Shown here one piece after another: positions 1 to 9,379 of a DNA stretch of 63,080 nucleotides. Origin of the DNA: Bacteroidota bacterium (GTDB lineage Bacteria > Bacteroidota > Bacteroidia > Palsa-965); the NCBI GenBank assembly GCA_021299855.1, contig JAJTEY010000005.1:1-63080 (forward strand), in the 5' to 3' direction. Position numbers and translations under genes: made by a program. The notes under the pieces are model-generated. The model saw nothing but the letters and a program-made list of their open reading frames with translations. It did not search any database and was not told the origin of the DNA. Position 1 is the first letter of the stretch. Each line of letters begins with the position of its first letter.

Positions 1-1
1 A

Positions 2-1285
2 TGGGGCGAACCTGTTTGGGTATTGTTGTTATTGGGTTCATCTACCGTTGACTGGCTCATCGGTTTGTACATCGACAAACACAAAGGAACATCGAAAGCG
101 AAAGCGGGAATTGTGTTTTCCGTAATCGTCAATATTTCCTTGCTGGTTGTTTTTAAGTACAGCGGATTTCTTTACGAGAACATCAATGCCTTATTCGGCA
201 CTTCGTTGGCTATTCCAACATTTACGCTACCGATAGGAATATCATTCTATACGTTTCAAAGTTTGTCCTATACGATCGATTTGTATCGCAATGAAGTTCC
301 CGTACAGAAGTCGCTCAGTAAATTTTACATGTATGTTAGTTTGTATCCGCAGTTGGTTGCCGGTCCAATTGTGCGCTATCAGCACGTTGTACATGAAATT
401 GATGAACGTAAGTTCAATATCAAAGACATGAGTTCAGGCATTCATCGCTTTTGTATCGGACTCTTTAAGAAAGTGTGCATTGCAAATGTGGCGGCCGAAT
501 TTGTAAGCAAATACATGGACGGCGACCTGTCACAACTTTCGACGGGAGAAGCCTGGTTCGGATTGCTGATGTTTTCCGTGCAGATTTATTTCGACTTCTC
601 CGGCTACTCGGATATGGCCATCGGGTTGGGACGACTTTTCGGATTTCACTTTCACGAAAACTTCAACTATCCCTACATCGCAAAGTCGGCAACGGAATTC
701 TGGCGCAGATGGCATATTTCTTTAGGTTCGTTCTTCCGCGATTATGTGTACATTCCATTGGGCGGCAATAAAAAATTCGGCATCAGAAATTTATTTATCG
801 TTTGGTTCTTAACCGGACTGTGGCACGGCGCATCATGGAATTTTATTTTATGGGGATTGTATTTCGGAGTACTCATCTGGATCGAACGCTTGTTTCTGAT
901 GAAGGTGCTATCTGCCGCAGGACGAATGTTTAGTCATATGTATTTGCTTATTGTTGCTGTGATAGGCTGGGGATTATTTTACTTCGACAATATGAGTCGC
1001 CTGCAACAGTTCTTTAACATGTTATTCGGGCAATCAACGCAAGGACATTGGAATGTTAAACTGGAAGTAGTGCTGCAGGAAAATATGTTCTGGCTGGTTC
1101 TTGCCATAGTACTTTGCATGCCGGTTTATAAATATGCTAATCGTATGTTCAAGAAATTCCTAACGAAACGTAATGTGAACTGGATGTGGTTTTTATCCAC
1201 CGGATTCAACTACGCGTTATTACTATTGGCCACGGCAATGCTCGCAGGAAAAAGTTATAATCCGTTTATTTATTTCCGATTCTGA
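2..1285 (+). CDS. MBOAT family O-acyltransferase (AlgI/PatA/DltB-like), 5' end outside the window
   Basis: Frame is open from base 2 (WGEPVWV...). Motifs PIGISFYTFQ, PQLVAGPIVRY, YFDFSGYSDMAIG, EFWRRWHISL, catalytic GLWHGA, C-terminal FIYFRF. Confidence 0.93.
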   Translation, partial: WGEPVWVLLLLGSSTVDWLIGLYIDKHKGTSKAKAGIVFSVIVNISLLVVFKYSGFLYENINALFGTSLAIPTFTLPIGISFYTFQSLSYTIDLYRNEVPVQKSLSKFYMYVSLYPQLVAGPIVRYQHVVHEIDERKFNIKDMSSGIHRFCIGLFKKVCIANVAAEFVSKYMDGDLSQLSTGEAWFGLLMFSVQIYFDFSGYSDMAIGLGRLFGFHFHENFNYPYIAKSATEFWRRWHISLGSFFRDYVYIPLGGNKKFGIRNLFIVWFLTGLWHGASWNFILWGLYFGVLIWIERLFLMKVLSAAGRMFSHMYLLIVAVIGWGLFYFDNMSRLQQFFNMLFGQSTQGHWNVKLEVVLQENMFWLVLAIVLCMPVYKYANRMFKKFLTKRNVNWMWFLSTGFNYALLLLATAMLAGKSYNPFIYFRF

Positions 1286-2691
1286 TGATGGCGAAGAAAA
1301 GAAATACAGCACGACGGAAATTAGCGTTAATCAACGTGGTGGCATTTGCAACGGTGTTGATGCTGGGAGGTGTTTTGTTTTTCGTTTTACCCAAACAGTC
1401 GGTTTCCGAATTTGAAAAACGACGTTTAAGCCCGGTGCCTCAATTCAGTTGGAAAGAGTTACTGCATGGGAAATATATTGATAGTCTGGAATTGTATGTG
1501 TCGGACAACTTCCCGATGCGAGAACAATTAGTTGAAATATCCTTCCGTATGAAGGAATCACGTGGCATCAAGAATAAAGAAATCACCTTCTACGCAGCAA
1601 CAGATATTCGTAAGCCGAAAAAGAAAGTTGAAAATGTGAAGGTCGATGCTAAAGATTCAGCGAAACAGGATTCCGTCATCATAGAAGGTGAAGGCGAGGA
1701 AGTGAACAACTTATTCATTTTCGAAGGCGCTGCCATGGAGATATTCGGTGGTAACAATAAAATGGCGCAATCGTATGCAGCTGCAATTAACAAGTATGAG
1801 CAGGAATTGCAGGGCAAAGTGAATGTTTACGCAGTGATGATTCCATCTTCAATTGAGTTTAATGCTCCTTCCGAATACCGCAAGATGTCGGTTTCTCAGC
1901 GCACTAATATTCAAACAGCCTATAACAGTATGTTGCCGGGAGTTCGCAAAGTAGATGCGTATGGTTCTATTGCGGAACATCAGCGCGAGTATTGTTATTA
2001 CCGAACGGATCATCACTGGACAGGACGCGGCGCCTTTTATGCCTACACGGCATTTTGCAATTCTGCAGGATTTACTCCTGTGCCATTAACCAATATGGAA
2101 CGAAAAACGAAAACCAACTTTTTGGGTTCATTGTATTGGTTAACTCGCGATTCACGTTTAAAAGAACGTGCGGACACAGTGGAATATTTTAAGATTCCGG
2201 GCAAGTACACGGCTACCGTATTTCCTAAAGGCAGCAAAAAAGGAATGCGCGGAACAATTTATTATGAAACCAAAGGCAGTTATGGTAACTACGGCGTTTT
2301 TTTAGGCGGCGATTGGCCTTTGATGAAAATTGAACGTGATGCTGCTGAACCCAAAACAGGTCGCAATGCAATACTGGTAAAGAATTCGTATGGGAATCCA
2401 TTCGCCACGTATTTGCCTTCACACTTTGACAAGGTATTCGTAGTTGATTATCGCTATTACGAAGGAAGTTTGTTAGATCTTATTGCAACAGAAGGCGTCA
2501 CTGATCTAATTTTCATCAACGGTGTATTTTCTGCAAATACATCATGGCACATTAACATGGTGACCAAAGTGATGAAAGGAACCGGGCCTCGGAAGTCGAA
2601 CGATTCGAATAGCAAAAAACAACAAGTTCGTGATTCTGCACTTGCTCCTATTCGTAAGGATTCTGCGGCAATACCGGAAAAAAAAGGTTAA
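1285..2691 (+). CDS. DHHW family SGNH-like O-acetyltransferase (AlgJ/AlgX/PatB-like), membrane anchored
   Basis: N-terminal TM helix, YYRTDHHWT motif, downstream KNSYGN Ser motif, VVDYRY; overlaps the MBOAT stop by 1 nt. Confidence 0.85.
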   Translation: MMAKKRNTARRKLALINVVAFATVLMLGGVLFFVLPKQSVSEFEKRRLSPVPQFSWKELLHGKYIDSLELYVSDNFPMREQLVEISFRMKESRGIKNKEITFYAATDIRKPKKKVENVKVDAKDSAKQDSVIIEGEGEEVNNLFIFEGAAMEIFGGNNKMAQSYAAAINKYEQELQGKVNVYAVMIPSSIEFNAPSEYRKMSVSQRTNIQTAYNSMLPGVRKVDAYGSIAEHQREYCYYRTDHHWTGRGAFYAYTAFCNSAGFTPVPLTNMERKTKTNFLGSLYWLTRDSRLKERADTVEYFKIPGKYTATVFPKGSKKGMRGTIYYETKGSYGNYGVFLGGDWPLMKIERDAAEPKTGRNAILVKNSYGNPFATYLPSHFDKVFVVDYRYYEGSLLDLIATEGVTDLIFINGVFSANTSWHINMVTKVMKGTGPRKSNDSNSKKQQVRDSALAPIRKDSAAIPEKKG

Positions 2692-2707
2692 ATTCACAGG
2701 AAGTGTT

Positions 2708-4270
2708 ATGAGAGAAAAGTTGGGACAAACATTTATCGGAATTGGTGTAGGAACGGCAATCATGCTTACAACAGGCTTTCTGTTGTCGTGTATGGAATCG
2801 TCCGAACCACCGGCTAAAGTTGTTACCAACGAGCCGTTTGTACTGCGGATAGACACGTCCATGACTCCGGTAATTAACACACAGTTCAATTACATTCAAT
2901 TCTATTCGCGTGCTGCATTAACCAACTTTTACAATAACTGGAATCGTTCGAAAGAAAAACAACTATCGTTGGTTCATTTGGGTGACTCGCATTTGCAGAA
3001 TGATATTTTTCCCGGACAAGTGCGTAAGCACTTACATAAAATACATGGCGATGCCGGACGCGGATTGATCTTCCCCTATTCCACTGCCAAAACCTATTCT
3101 TCCATCGAATACAAAACCACACACACCGGAGAATGGGAATGGGGAAAAAGTTTGAGACTTCCGCCTAAACATCCTTTAGGTGTGATCGGAATGAGTTCTT
3201 ACACGAATCAGGCTAATGCATCATTTACTCTTCAGTTCAATGATCCGGTTCCTGCACATTACGATCGCTTGCGTTTTTATTGCAAGAAAAGTGCGAAGAG
3301 TTTTGATGTGGAAATTGACTTTGGTAACGGCAATAAGCAAATCGTACTGATTGATTCTGTTCCCGGAGATTCCTTGTGTTACTATGAAATACCCGTAGTC
3401 AATCCTTCACAAACACTGAAGGTCCGAACGATCAAATCAAAAGCCGGTGAATCCGAACTCGAACAATACGGCATGACCTTAATGAGTTCGAAACCTGAAG
3501 GTGCGGTTGTGCACAATTGCGGTGTTGGTGGCGCGATGTACAAATCGGTGTTGTATGAAAAGCTCTTTACGATACAATTACAAACGTTACAACCTGATGT
3601 TGTGATTATCGATTTTGGTACGAATGATTACATCTATGATGACAGCATTAAAACAGAACTGGATTCACAAATTGTTCAAGTTATCCGAACGGTTCGTACC
3701 GCATCGCCACAAGCCAGTATTATTCTCACCTCAGCACAGGATATGTATTGGAAACAGGAATTAGTGACCAGCGGAGAAAAATTCTCCGACCTTATTCATC
3801 GTATAGCCAAAGAACAAGATTGCGGTGTGTTTGACTGGTACTGGATTTCCGGAGGCAGAACAACCATGTTACATTGGATCAACAAGGGTTACGCACAACC
3901 TGATGGCATTCATTTAACGATAAAAGGTTATCGCTTAAAAGGTGATTTATTTACGGATGCCGTGCTTAAAACCATTTCATTATACGATGCGCAGCCTCCT
4001 CAAAATTCGTTCACGTGTAATTACGATTCTATTCGTGAAGCGCAGAAAAAATTGATGCCTAGTGATTCCCTGAAGCAAATTGCCATGGGAACCGGAGGCA
4101 AAGTAAAGGTAAAACACACCGTTGGGAAAGGACAAACGTTAGGCGGAATTGCGCGTAAATACGGCGTTACGGTGGCGCAAATAAAAAAGTGGAATAATCT
4201 GCGAAGCGACATGATTCGCGTGGGACAAGTCCTTGTGATTTACAAAGAGCCGAAGAAGAAAAAGAAGTAA
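2708..4270 (+). CDS. SGNH/GDSL hydrolase or acetyltransferase lipoprotein with C-terminal LysM domain
   Basis: Lipobox-like FLLSC; SGNH blocks HLGDSH, GVGGA, FGTND, PDGIH; LysM HTVGKGQTLGGIARKYGVTVAQIKKWNNL. Start moved to ATG 2708 so it does not overlap the upstream gene. Confidence 0.85.
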   Translation: MREKLGQTFIGIGVGTAIMLTTGFLLSCMESSEPPAKVVTNEPFVLRIDTSMTPVINTQFNYIQFYSRAALTNFYNNWNRSKEKQLSLVHLGDSHLQNDIFPGQVRKHLHKIHGDAGRGLIFPYSTAKTYSSIEYKTTHTGEWEWGKSLRLPPKHPLGVIGMSSYTNQANASFTLQFNDPVPAHYDRLRFYCKKSAKSFDVEIDFGNGNKQIVLIDSVPGDSLCYYEIPVVNPSQTLKVRTIKSKAGESELEQYGMTLMSSKPEGAVVHNCGVGGAMYKSVLYEKLFTIQLQTLQPDVVIIDFGTNDYIYDDSIKTELDSQIVQVIRTVRTASPQASIILTSAQDMYWKQELVTSGEKFSDLIHRIAKEQDCGVFDWYWISGGRTTMLHWINKGYAQPDGIHLTIKGYRLKGDLFTDAVLKTISLYDAQPPQNSFTCNYDSIREAQKKLMPSDSLKQIAMGTGGKVKVKHTVGKGQTLGGIARKYGVTVAQIKKWNNLRSDMIRVGQVLVIYKEPKKKKK

Positions 4271-5509
4271 TTACGCTAATTGCTTATACAGCATCATTAA
4301 TGCCGTAAGGGCAGCACGTGTAATGTTGCGTTCTCTGTTATCTCCGAATAAGAACTTTTGAGCCACAGTGCCATCAGGGCCTGCGAGCGCAATCCACACA
4401 GTGCCCACAGGTTTTTCCGCAGTTCCACCGTCAGGACCCGCAATACCGGAAGTTGCCAATGCATAATCTGCACCAATAATTTTTCGCGCCTGTTGTGCCA
4501 TCGCCGTTACCACTTCTTCGCTGACTGCGCCGTTATTTTGAATTAAATCCTGAGGTATTTGCAGCAAATCTGTTTTTGCTTTGTTCGCATAGGTTAACGT
4601 ACTTCCCAAGTAGTAAGCTGAACTTCCGGGCACACCTGTTATTAAATGCGCTATGTATCCGCCGGTGCAACTTTCTGCGGTGCATAACGTTTTGCCGGAT
4701 GCCTTTAATCGTTCACCCAACGCCACAGGTAATGAAATATCCTCCGTAGCAAACGTCCATTTTTCAATTAACGGCAATAACTTTTGTACTGCATCATCCA
4801 ACAATGTACTGCAATGCTCACGATCGGCTCCGTCAATCATTACCCGCAAGCGCACAATTCCCGGAGCGGGCAAATACGCGAGTTTCATTCCTGCAGCTGT
4901 AATTTCATCCTCCCATTGTTCAATGCGCTCAGCCAAAACCGACTCACCAATTCCCTGCGTCATGATGGTGCGCTGCAGAACAACGGGCATTTCAAATCGT
5001 TGACGAAGCAGCGGTAATACCTGCTCACTGAATAAACTTTTCATTTCGTAGGGAACACCGGGTAACGAAACAACGACTACTCCTTCAGCATCGAACCACA
5101 TCCCCGGAGCTGTTCCGTTAAAATTGCGCAGCGCTTTACATGATGCAGGAACTAACGCTTGCTTTCGATTAACATCCGAAACCGTTTTACCGAACTTGGA
5201 AAAAAACAACTCCACATCGGCTAACACCTCGGCATTCATTACTAATTCGGTCCGAAAGTATTCAGCTAAAGTTACCTTGGTAATATCATCTTTAGTTGGA
5301 CCAAGTCCGCCGGTAATAATTACAATTTCTGCACGTTTTCTTGCTGCATCCAACGCCCCTAAAATCGCTTCTTTGGTGTCACTTACGGCAGTTCGTTGCA
5401 CCACCCGAATGCCGTTGTAAGTCAATTCGGCGCCGATAAATGCGGAATTGGTATCAATAACCTGACCGATCAACAACTCGTCTCCGATGGTAATAATTTC
5501 TGCCTTCAT
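4271..5509 (-). CDS. cinA: Competence/damage-inducible protein CinA (MoCF-like domain plus NMN deamidase PncC domain)
   Basis: IITIGDELLIGQVIDTNS, GGLGPTKDD, LPGVPYEM, AESCTGG, SGIAGPDGG, KPVGTVWIA. Confidence 0.95.
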   Translation of the reverse strand: MKAEIITIGDELLIGQVIDTNSAFIGAELTYNGIRVVQRTAVSDTKEAILGALDAARKRAEIVIITGGLGPTKDDITKVTLAEYFRTELVMNAEVLADVELFFSKFGKTVSDVNRKQALVPASCKALRNFNGTAPGMWFDAEGVVVVSLPGVPYEMKSLFSEQVLPLLRQRFEMPVVLQRTIMTQGIGESVLAERIEQWEDEITAAGMKLAYLPAPGIVRLRVMIDGADREHCSTLLDDAVQKLLPLIEKWTFATEDISLPVALGERLKASGKTLCTAESCTGGYIAHLITGVPGSSAYYLGSTLTYANKAKTDLLQIPQDLIQNNGAVSEEVVTAMAQQARKIIGADYALATSGIAGPDGGTAEKPVGTVWIALAGPDGTVAQKFLFGDNRERNITRAALTALMMLYKQLA

Positions 5510-5515
5510 AGTTCA

Positions 5516-5523
5516 CAAAGGTA
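5516..5523 (-). promoter_or_regulatory. Bacteroidota sigma-A -7 element (TACCTTTG) for cinA
   Basis: Exact TAnnTTTG match 6 nt upstream of the cinA ATG. Confidence 0.6.
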
Positions 5524-5603
5524 ATGGCAAGTCAAATAATCTAGACTTCCGCATAATTTGGCTCGCAATTTGTAGATTTGTTAAGAACACAAAAGCAGTC
5601 AAC

Positions 5604-6341
5604 ATGAAAAAGATCCTCGCATTGGCAGTAAGCGGCATTGTACTGTTTACCGCATGTACCGAATTAAATAAAGCATTATCTCAGGCCGGAGCGATGTCCG
5701 GAGCCGGCAGTGGCGCATTAACCGCTGCAGAAATTGTTCAGGGTTTAAAAGAAGCCTTGAATCAGGGAACCAACAAAGGAGTGGCGAAAGCGTCTGCAAC
5801 TGACGGGTTCTTTAAAAATCCATTGATCTTTATTCCGTTCCCTCCGGCAGCTCAGAAAGTAAAAAATTTCTGCCTGAATTTAGGTTTGAAAGGGCAAGTG
5901 GATAAATTTGAATTGACTTTAAACCGTGCTGCTGAAGATGCTGCGAAAGAAGCGGGACCAATATTTCTGAATGCTATCAAAACGATGACTGTTCAGGATG
6001 GTTTAGGAATCCTTCGTGGTGCAGATACATCGGCTACAAATTATCTCCGTACGAAATGTACTGCAGATATGATTACAAAGTTCAAACCGAAAGTTCAGGC
6101 AGCTACTCAAAAAGTAGAATTAACCAAACACTGGACTCCGCTTGCCTCGGCTTACAACAAGATTCCAACTAACCAGCCTGTAAATCCGGATTTGGATCAG
6201 TATGTGACAGACAAAGGGATTGACGGCGTATTTAAATTGGTAGGTCAAGAAGAGAAAAACATTCGCACTAATCCTGCGGCACGAGGAACCCAAATTTTAC
6301 AGAAGGTATTCGGTTCCAAAGAAAATCCGCACAACAAATAA
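5604..6341 (+). CDS. DUF4197 family lipoprotein
   Basis: Lipobox LFTAC; GLKEAL, DGFFKNP, LNRAAEDA, ATNYLR, EEKNIRTNPAAR..L.KVFG. Start set at MKKILA; TAGATTTG -7 element at 5573-5580. Confidence 0.88.
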   Translation: MKKILALAVSGIVLFTACTELNKALSQAGAMSGAGSGALTAAEIVQGLKEALNQGTNKGVAKASATDGFFKNPLIFIPFPPAAQKVKNFCLNLGLKGQVDKFELTLNRAAEDAAKEAGPIFLNAIKTMTVQDGLGILRGADTSATNYLRTKCTADMITKFKPKVQAATQKVELTKHWTPLASAYNKIPTNQPVNPDLDQYVTDKGIDGVFKLVGQEEKNIRTNPAARGTQILQKVFGSKENPHNK

Positions 6342-6357
6342 TAATCTCTCTCTATGT

Positions 6358-6397
6358 TAAATGAAAAAGACAGTCCGCAGACTGTCTTTTTCATTTA
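6358..6397. terminator. Bidirectional intrinsic terminator
   Basis: Perfect 18-bp inverted repeat taaatgaaaaagacagtc-cgca-gactgtctttttcattta between convergent genes, with A/T tracts on both sides. Confidence 0.88.
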
Positions 6398-6412
6398 CTA
6401 CTTCATTTCTTA

Positions 6413-7309
6413 TCAGTAAGCAGTGTAAGAGCCACCCAAGTCAATTCCTGAATATTTTCCCTCACGAGGTTTAATACTCAACACCGGAATCTTGGAATGA
6501 TTAACAATTTGTTTAGCCTTTGGACCTAAGAAAATACCGGTCATTTCAGATTCATGATCCGTCATAATCACAATAAGATCTGCATTTACCCGGTGTCCGT
6601 ACTTCAATGCTTCAATTGCAAGATTGCTTCCTTCGATTGTGTTTCTGGAGAATGGAACACCTGCTTTTTGAACCGCATGTTCTACCTGATCCAATACGAT
6701 CTGCAACTTGTCGTATTCCGAAGCTTCATTAGATTCCAGCAACCCGATAATATGAATCTTAGCTGCATAAGCAGATGCCAGATCCACCGCTTCATCTACC
6801 TTTTCACGGGAATGTTGGGAGCGATCAATTGGCAATACAATATTTTTAAACCCTAAGTGTGTAGCATGAGTTTGCACCGTCAACACCGGACAAGGAGCCA
6901 ATGTCACTACTTTATGCGCGTTACTTCCGATAAACAACTCTTCGAATCCTTTGGCTCCGTGTGTTCCCATCACCACCAAATCGAACAACTGTTCATTTAC
7001 GATAGTAATTACCTCCTGCCCCACTTGCCCACGAGCTGAGGAAGTAGAAGGACGAATTCCGTAATTTTTGTAAACGTCTTCGGCAGCCTCGTTTAACTTC
7101 TGCTCCACAATTTTATTTAGCGTATCATGATTTTCGATACGCATGATCGGTTCCGGGATCTCGAAATAATATTCACTGACCGGCATTACGTGCAACATGT
7201 GCAAATCAGCTTTCATTAAACGCGCCATAAAAGCTGCATGCTCCAATGCCAACATACCGGTTTCAGAAAAGTCAATCGGTACAAGAATCTTTTTTAGTTT
7301 TAAACTCAT
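6413..7309 (-). CDS. Universal stress protein (tandem USP domains)
   Basis: KKILVPIDFS, DLVVMGTHGAKG...IGSNAHKVV...PCPVL, second domain ending IPVLSI. Confidence 0.93.
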   Translation of the reverse strand: MSLKLKKILVPIDFSETGMLALEHAAFMARLMKADLHMLHVMPVSEYYFEIPEPIMRIENHDTLNKIVEQKLNEAAEDVYKNYGIRPSTSSARGQVGQEVITIVNEQLFDLVVMGTHGAKGFEELFIGSNAHKVVTLAPCPVLTVQTHATHLGFKNIVLPIDRSQHSREKVDEAVDLASAYAAKIHIIGLLESNEASEYDKLQIVLDQVEHAVQKAGVPFSRNTIEGSNLAIEALKYGHRVNADLIVIMTDHESEMTGIFLGPKAKQIVNHSKIPVLSIKPREGKYSGIDLGGSYTAY

Positions 7310-7356
7310 ATCGCGGATGATTTGGTTATTTGGATAAAGGTAGTAGTTGAGTGGAA

Positions 7357-7399
7357 TAATGAAAATCAGTTTTGTACGTTATCCGACTGATTCTTGTCA
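7357..7399. promoter_or_regulatory. Two candidate CRP/FNR-type boxes upstream of the USP gene
   Basis: TAATGAAAATCA (7357-7368) and TGATTCTTGTCA (7388-7399) resemble TGAT-N4-ATCA; -7 element TACCTTTA on the minus strand at 7335-7342. Confidence 0.45.
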
Positions 7400-7401
7400 G
7401 G

Positions 7402-7434
7402 AAAAAAAAAGGTCGCTTTACTCAGCGACCTTTT
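7402..7434 (-). terminator. Intrinsic terminator of the upstream USP gene
   Basis: aaaaggtcgct-ttactc-agcgacctttt hairpin; an A9 run on + gives a U-tract on the minus strand. Confidence 0.85.
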
Positions 7435-7456
7435 ATTAATAGCAAAAGCTAACGTA

Positions 7457-8338
7457 TTAGTAAGGCAAGAATTCTGTTGTATCCTTCTTTGGAGAAGGAA
7501 CTACAGACATTACAGGAATATCGGACTTGTTGATAATTTCCTGCGCAGCTGAGCCGATGAAATACTCGGTAATATCGGTTTCCTGTTGCGTCATGATCAA
7601 CAACAAATCGCCTTCTACTTTATTGGAATAATCAACGATGATTTGTCCCAACGACTCTTCACCCTTAATTCCCTTGATAATTTCAGCTGTACAGCGAATT
7701 CCGGATTTCTCAATAAATGCCTTCACCTGTGCCAACTGGCGAGTCAATCGATTAACGATAAACTCGTCATTAGTAAATAACACGGAGCACACACGAACAT
7801 CTGAACTGTACAATTTCGCAAATTCAATTGCTTTGTTCACCTTTTCACGTGTTTCAGTTGTTAAATCCAACGGCACTACAATATTCTTACAACCGTCACG
7901 GTGGTGTTTCCCTTTAATTGTAATTACCGGCACTTGAGATTCACGAACAACACGCAATGCGTTAGAACCGATAAATCGCTTGCGAATATTCCCTGCACCG
8001 CTGGTTCCCATCACGATGAACTTCGCGCTCAACATATCGGCAACCTCAGCTACTTTTTCGTAAACTGAACCGTGTGCAACTACTTTCTGAACTACAACAC
8101 CTTGCTCTTTCTCCGTCTTCTCAATGAGCTCATCCATTTTTTGGTTCACTTCTTTACGAATTTCCTCTTCATGAGAAGAACCGATTAGACGAGAAAACAA
8201 ACCGGACGTTTCCATAACGTACAACAGCGTAATTTCTCCGTTGATCATTTTCGCCAAATGAGCGGCCTGTTCCAACGCAATCAGTGATTGTTCACCGAAA
8301 TCGGTCGGCACAACGATTTTGTTCAGATTTTGACTCAT
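7457..8338 (-). CDS. Universal stress protein (tandem USP domains)
   Basis: KIVVPTDFG, FIVMGTSG...FIGSNALRVV...VPVITI, FIGSAAQEII...IPVMSV; TAATTTTG -7 element at 8400-8407. Confidence 0.93.
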   Translation of the reverse strand: MSQNLNKIVVPTDFGEQSLIALEQAAHLAKMINGEITLLYVMETSGLFSRLIGSSHEEEIRKEVNQKMDELIEKTEKEQGVVVQKVVAHGSVYEKVAEVADMLSAKFIVMGTSGAGNIRKRFIGSNALRVVRESQVPVITIKGKHHRDGCKNIVVPLDLTTETREKVNKAIEFAKLYSSDVRVCSVLFTNDEFIVNRLTRQLAQVKAFIEKSGIRCTAEIIKGIKGEESLGQIIVDYSNKVEGDLLLIMTQQETDITEYFIGSAAQEIINKSDIPVMSVVPSPKKDTTEFLPY

Positions 8339-8503
8339 ATCTCCTTAACAGTCAGGTTGTTGTAGAGTAATTAGTGTTGGTTTTATCCTGAAAGTGCAAC
8401 AAAATTACGACAAATAAACGGCTTTTCAAAAGTGGTATAAGTTGTCAGGAAGCGTTGGGTTCAGTTGACGTGATTACCTTTACGAAAATCAAAAACACGT
8501 TTT

Positions 8504-9379
8504 ATGAAAGAACGTTTGGCGGAATCGGAACTGGTACTCAATCCTGATAACAGCATTTACCACCTAAAACTGCATCCTGAGCAGATTGCGCATAAGATCA
8601 TCGTAGTTGGCGATCAGGCGCGAGTAGCAACAGTTTCAGACCGATTCGATTCCATAGAGCATCGCGTTCAAAACCGTGAATTCATAACGCATACCGGTCG
8701 TGTGGGGAGCACGCGAATTACAGCGCTTTCCACAGGCATAGGAACCGATAACATTGATATCGTGTTGAACGAACTGGATGCCCTTGTAAATATCGAATTA
8801 ACTGCCCGAGAAATAAAAAACGAAAGCGCTTCACTAGAAATTATCCGTATCGGAACATCGGGCGCTTTGCATGCAGATATTCCGGTAGATTCGTTTGTTG
8901 CTTCATCTTATGGAATGGGATTCGACGGTTTGCTCAACTATTACGCCGGCATGAAGCACGTGGACGAGCCTAATCTGGTCAATTCGTTTATGAAACACGC
9001 CGGATGGTTGCCGGGTATGCCTTATCCCTATACTGTTGCAGGGTCGGATCGTTTATTAAAACAAATTGCACACGACATGACGCAAGGCATAACGGCTACA
9101 GCACCCGGTTTTTATGGTCCGCAAGGAAGACAACTTCGCCTTGCTGCAGCCAAACCTGATCTTAACGAATTGCTGGGCAGTTATTCCTTTAACGGACATC
9201 GCATCACGAATTTCGAAATGGAAACATCTGCCCTCTACGGTTTGGGTAAAATGCTCGGTCACGACTGTATGACGGTGTGCGCGATCATCGCCAATCGTGC
9301 GGCCGGACAATACAGCAAAAATTACAAACCGGTCATCGCAAAGCTCATCGATACGGTTATTGAACGTTTCGTTGTGTAA
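8504..9379 (+). CDS. Nucleoside phosphorylase (PNP/UDP family, uridine phosphorylase-like)
   Basis: SIYHL, STGIGTDNIDIV, IIRIGTSG, GFYGPQGR, TNFEMET. Confidence 0.9.
   Translation: MKERLAESELVLNPDNSIYHLKLHPEQIAHKIIVVGDQARVATVSDRFDSIEHRVQNREFITHTGRVGSTRITALSTGIGTDNIDIVLNELDALVNIELTAREIKNESASLEIIRIGTSGALHADIPVDSFVASSYGMGFDGLLNYYAGMKHVDEPNLVNSFMKHAGWLPGMPYPYTVAGSDRLLKQIAHDMTQGITATAPGFYGPQGRQLRLAAAKPDLNELLGSYSFNGHRITNFEMETSALYGLGKMLGHDCMTVCAIIANRAAGQYSKNYKPVIAKLIDTVIERFVV

Noticed and set aside
2630-2707. Extended N-termini in the ORF track (also 5487, 19884, 27029, 34638, 42099, 48907, 54607, 58431)
   Set aside because: They overlap neighbouring genes or promoter elements; downstream ATGs give family-typical starts.
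4271-5509. Functional link between cinA (NMN salvage) and nadC
   Set aside because: They are over 50 kb apart with no shared motif noticed; ordinary housekeeping genes.
7402-7410. A9 tract (also the T-run near 36620 and A-run near 50600) as a phase-variation site
   Set aside because: The first two are terminator tails, and the third encodes Lys codons in an intact frame.
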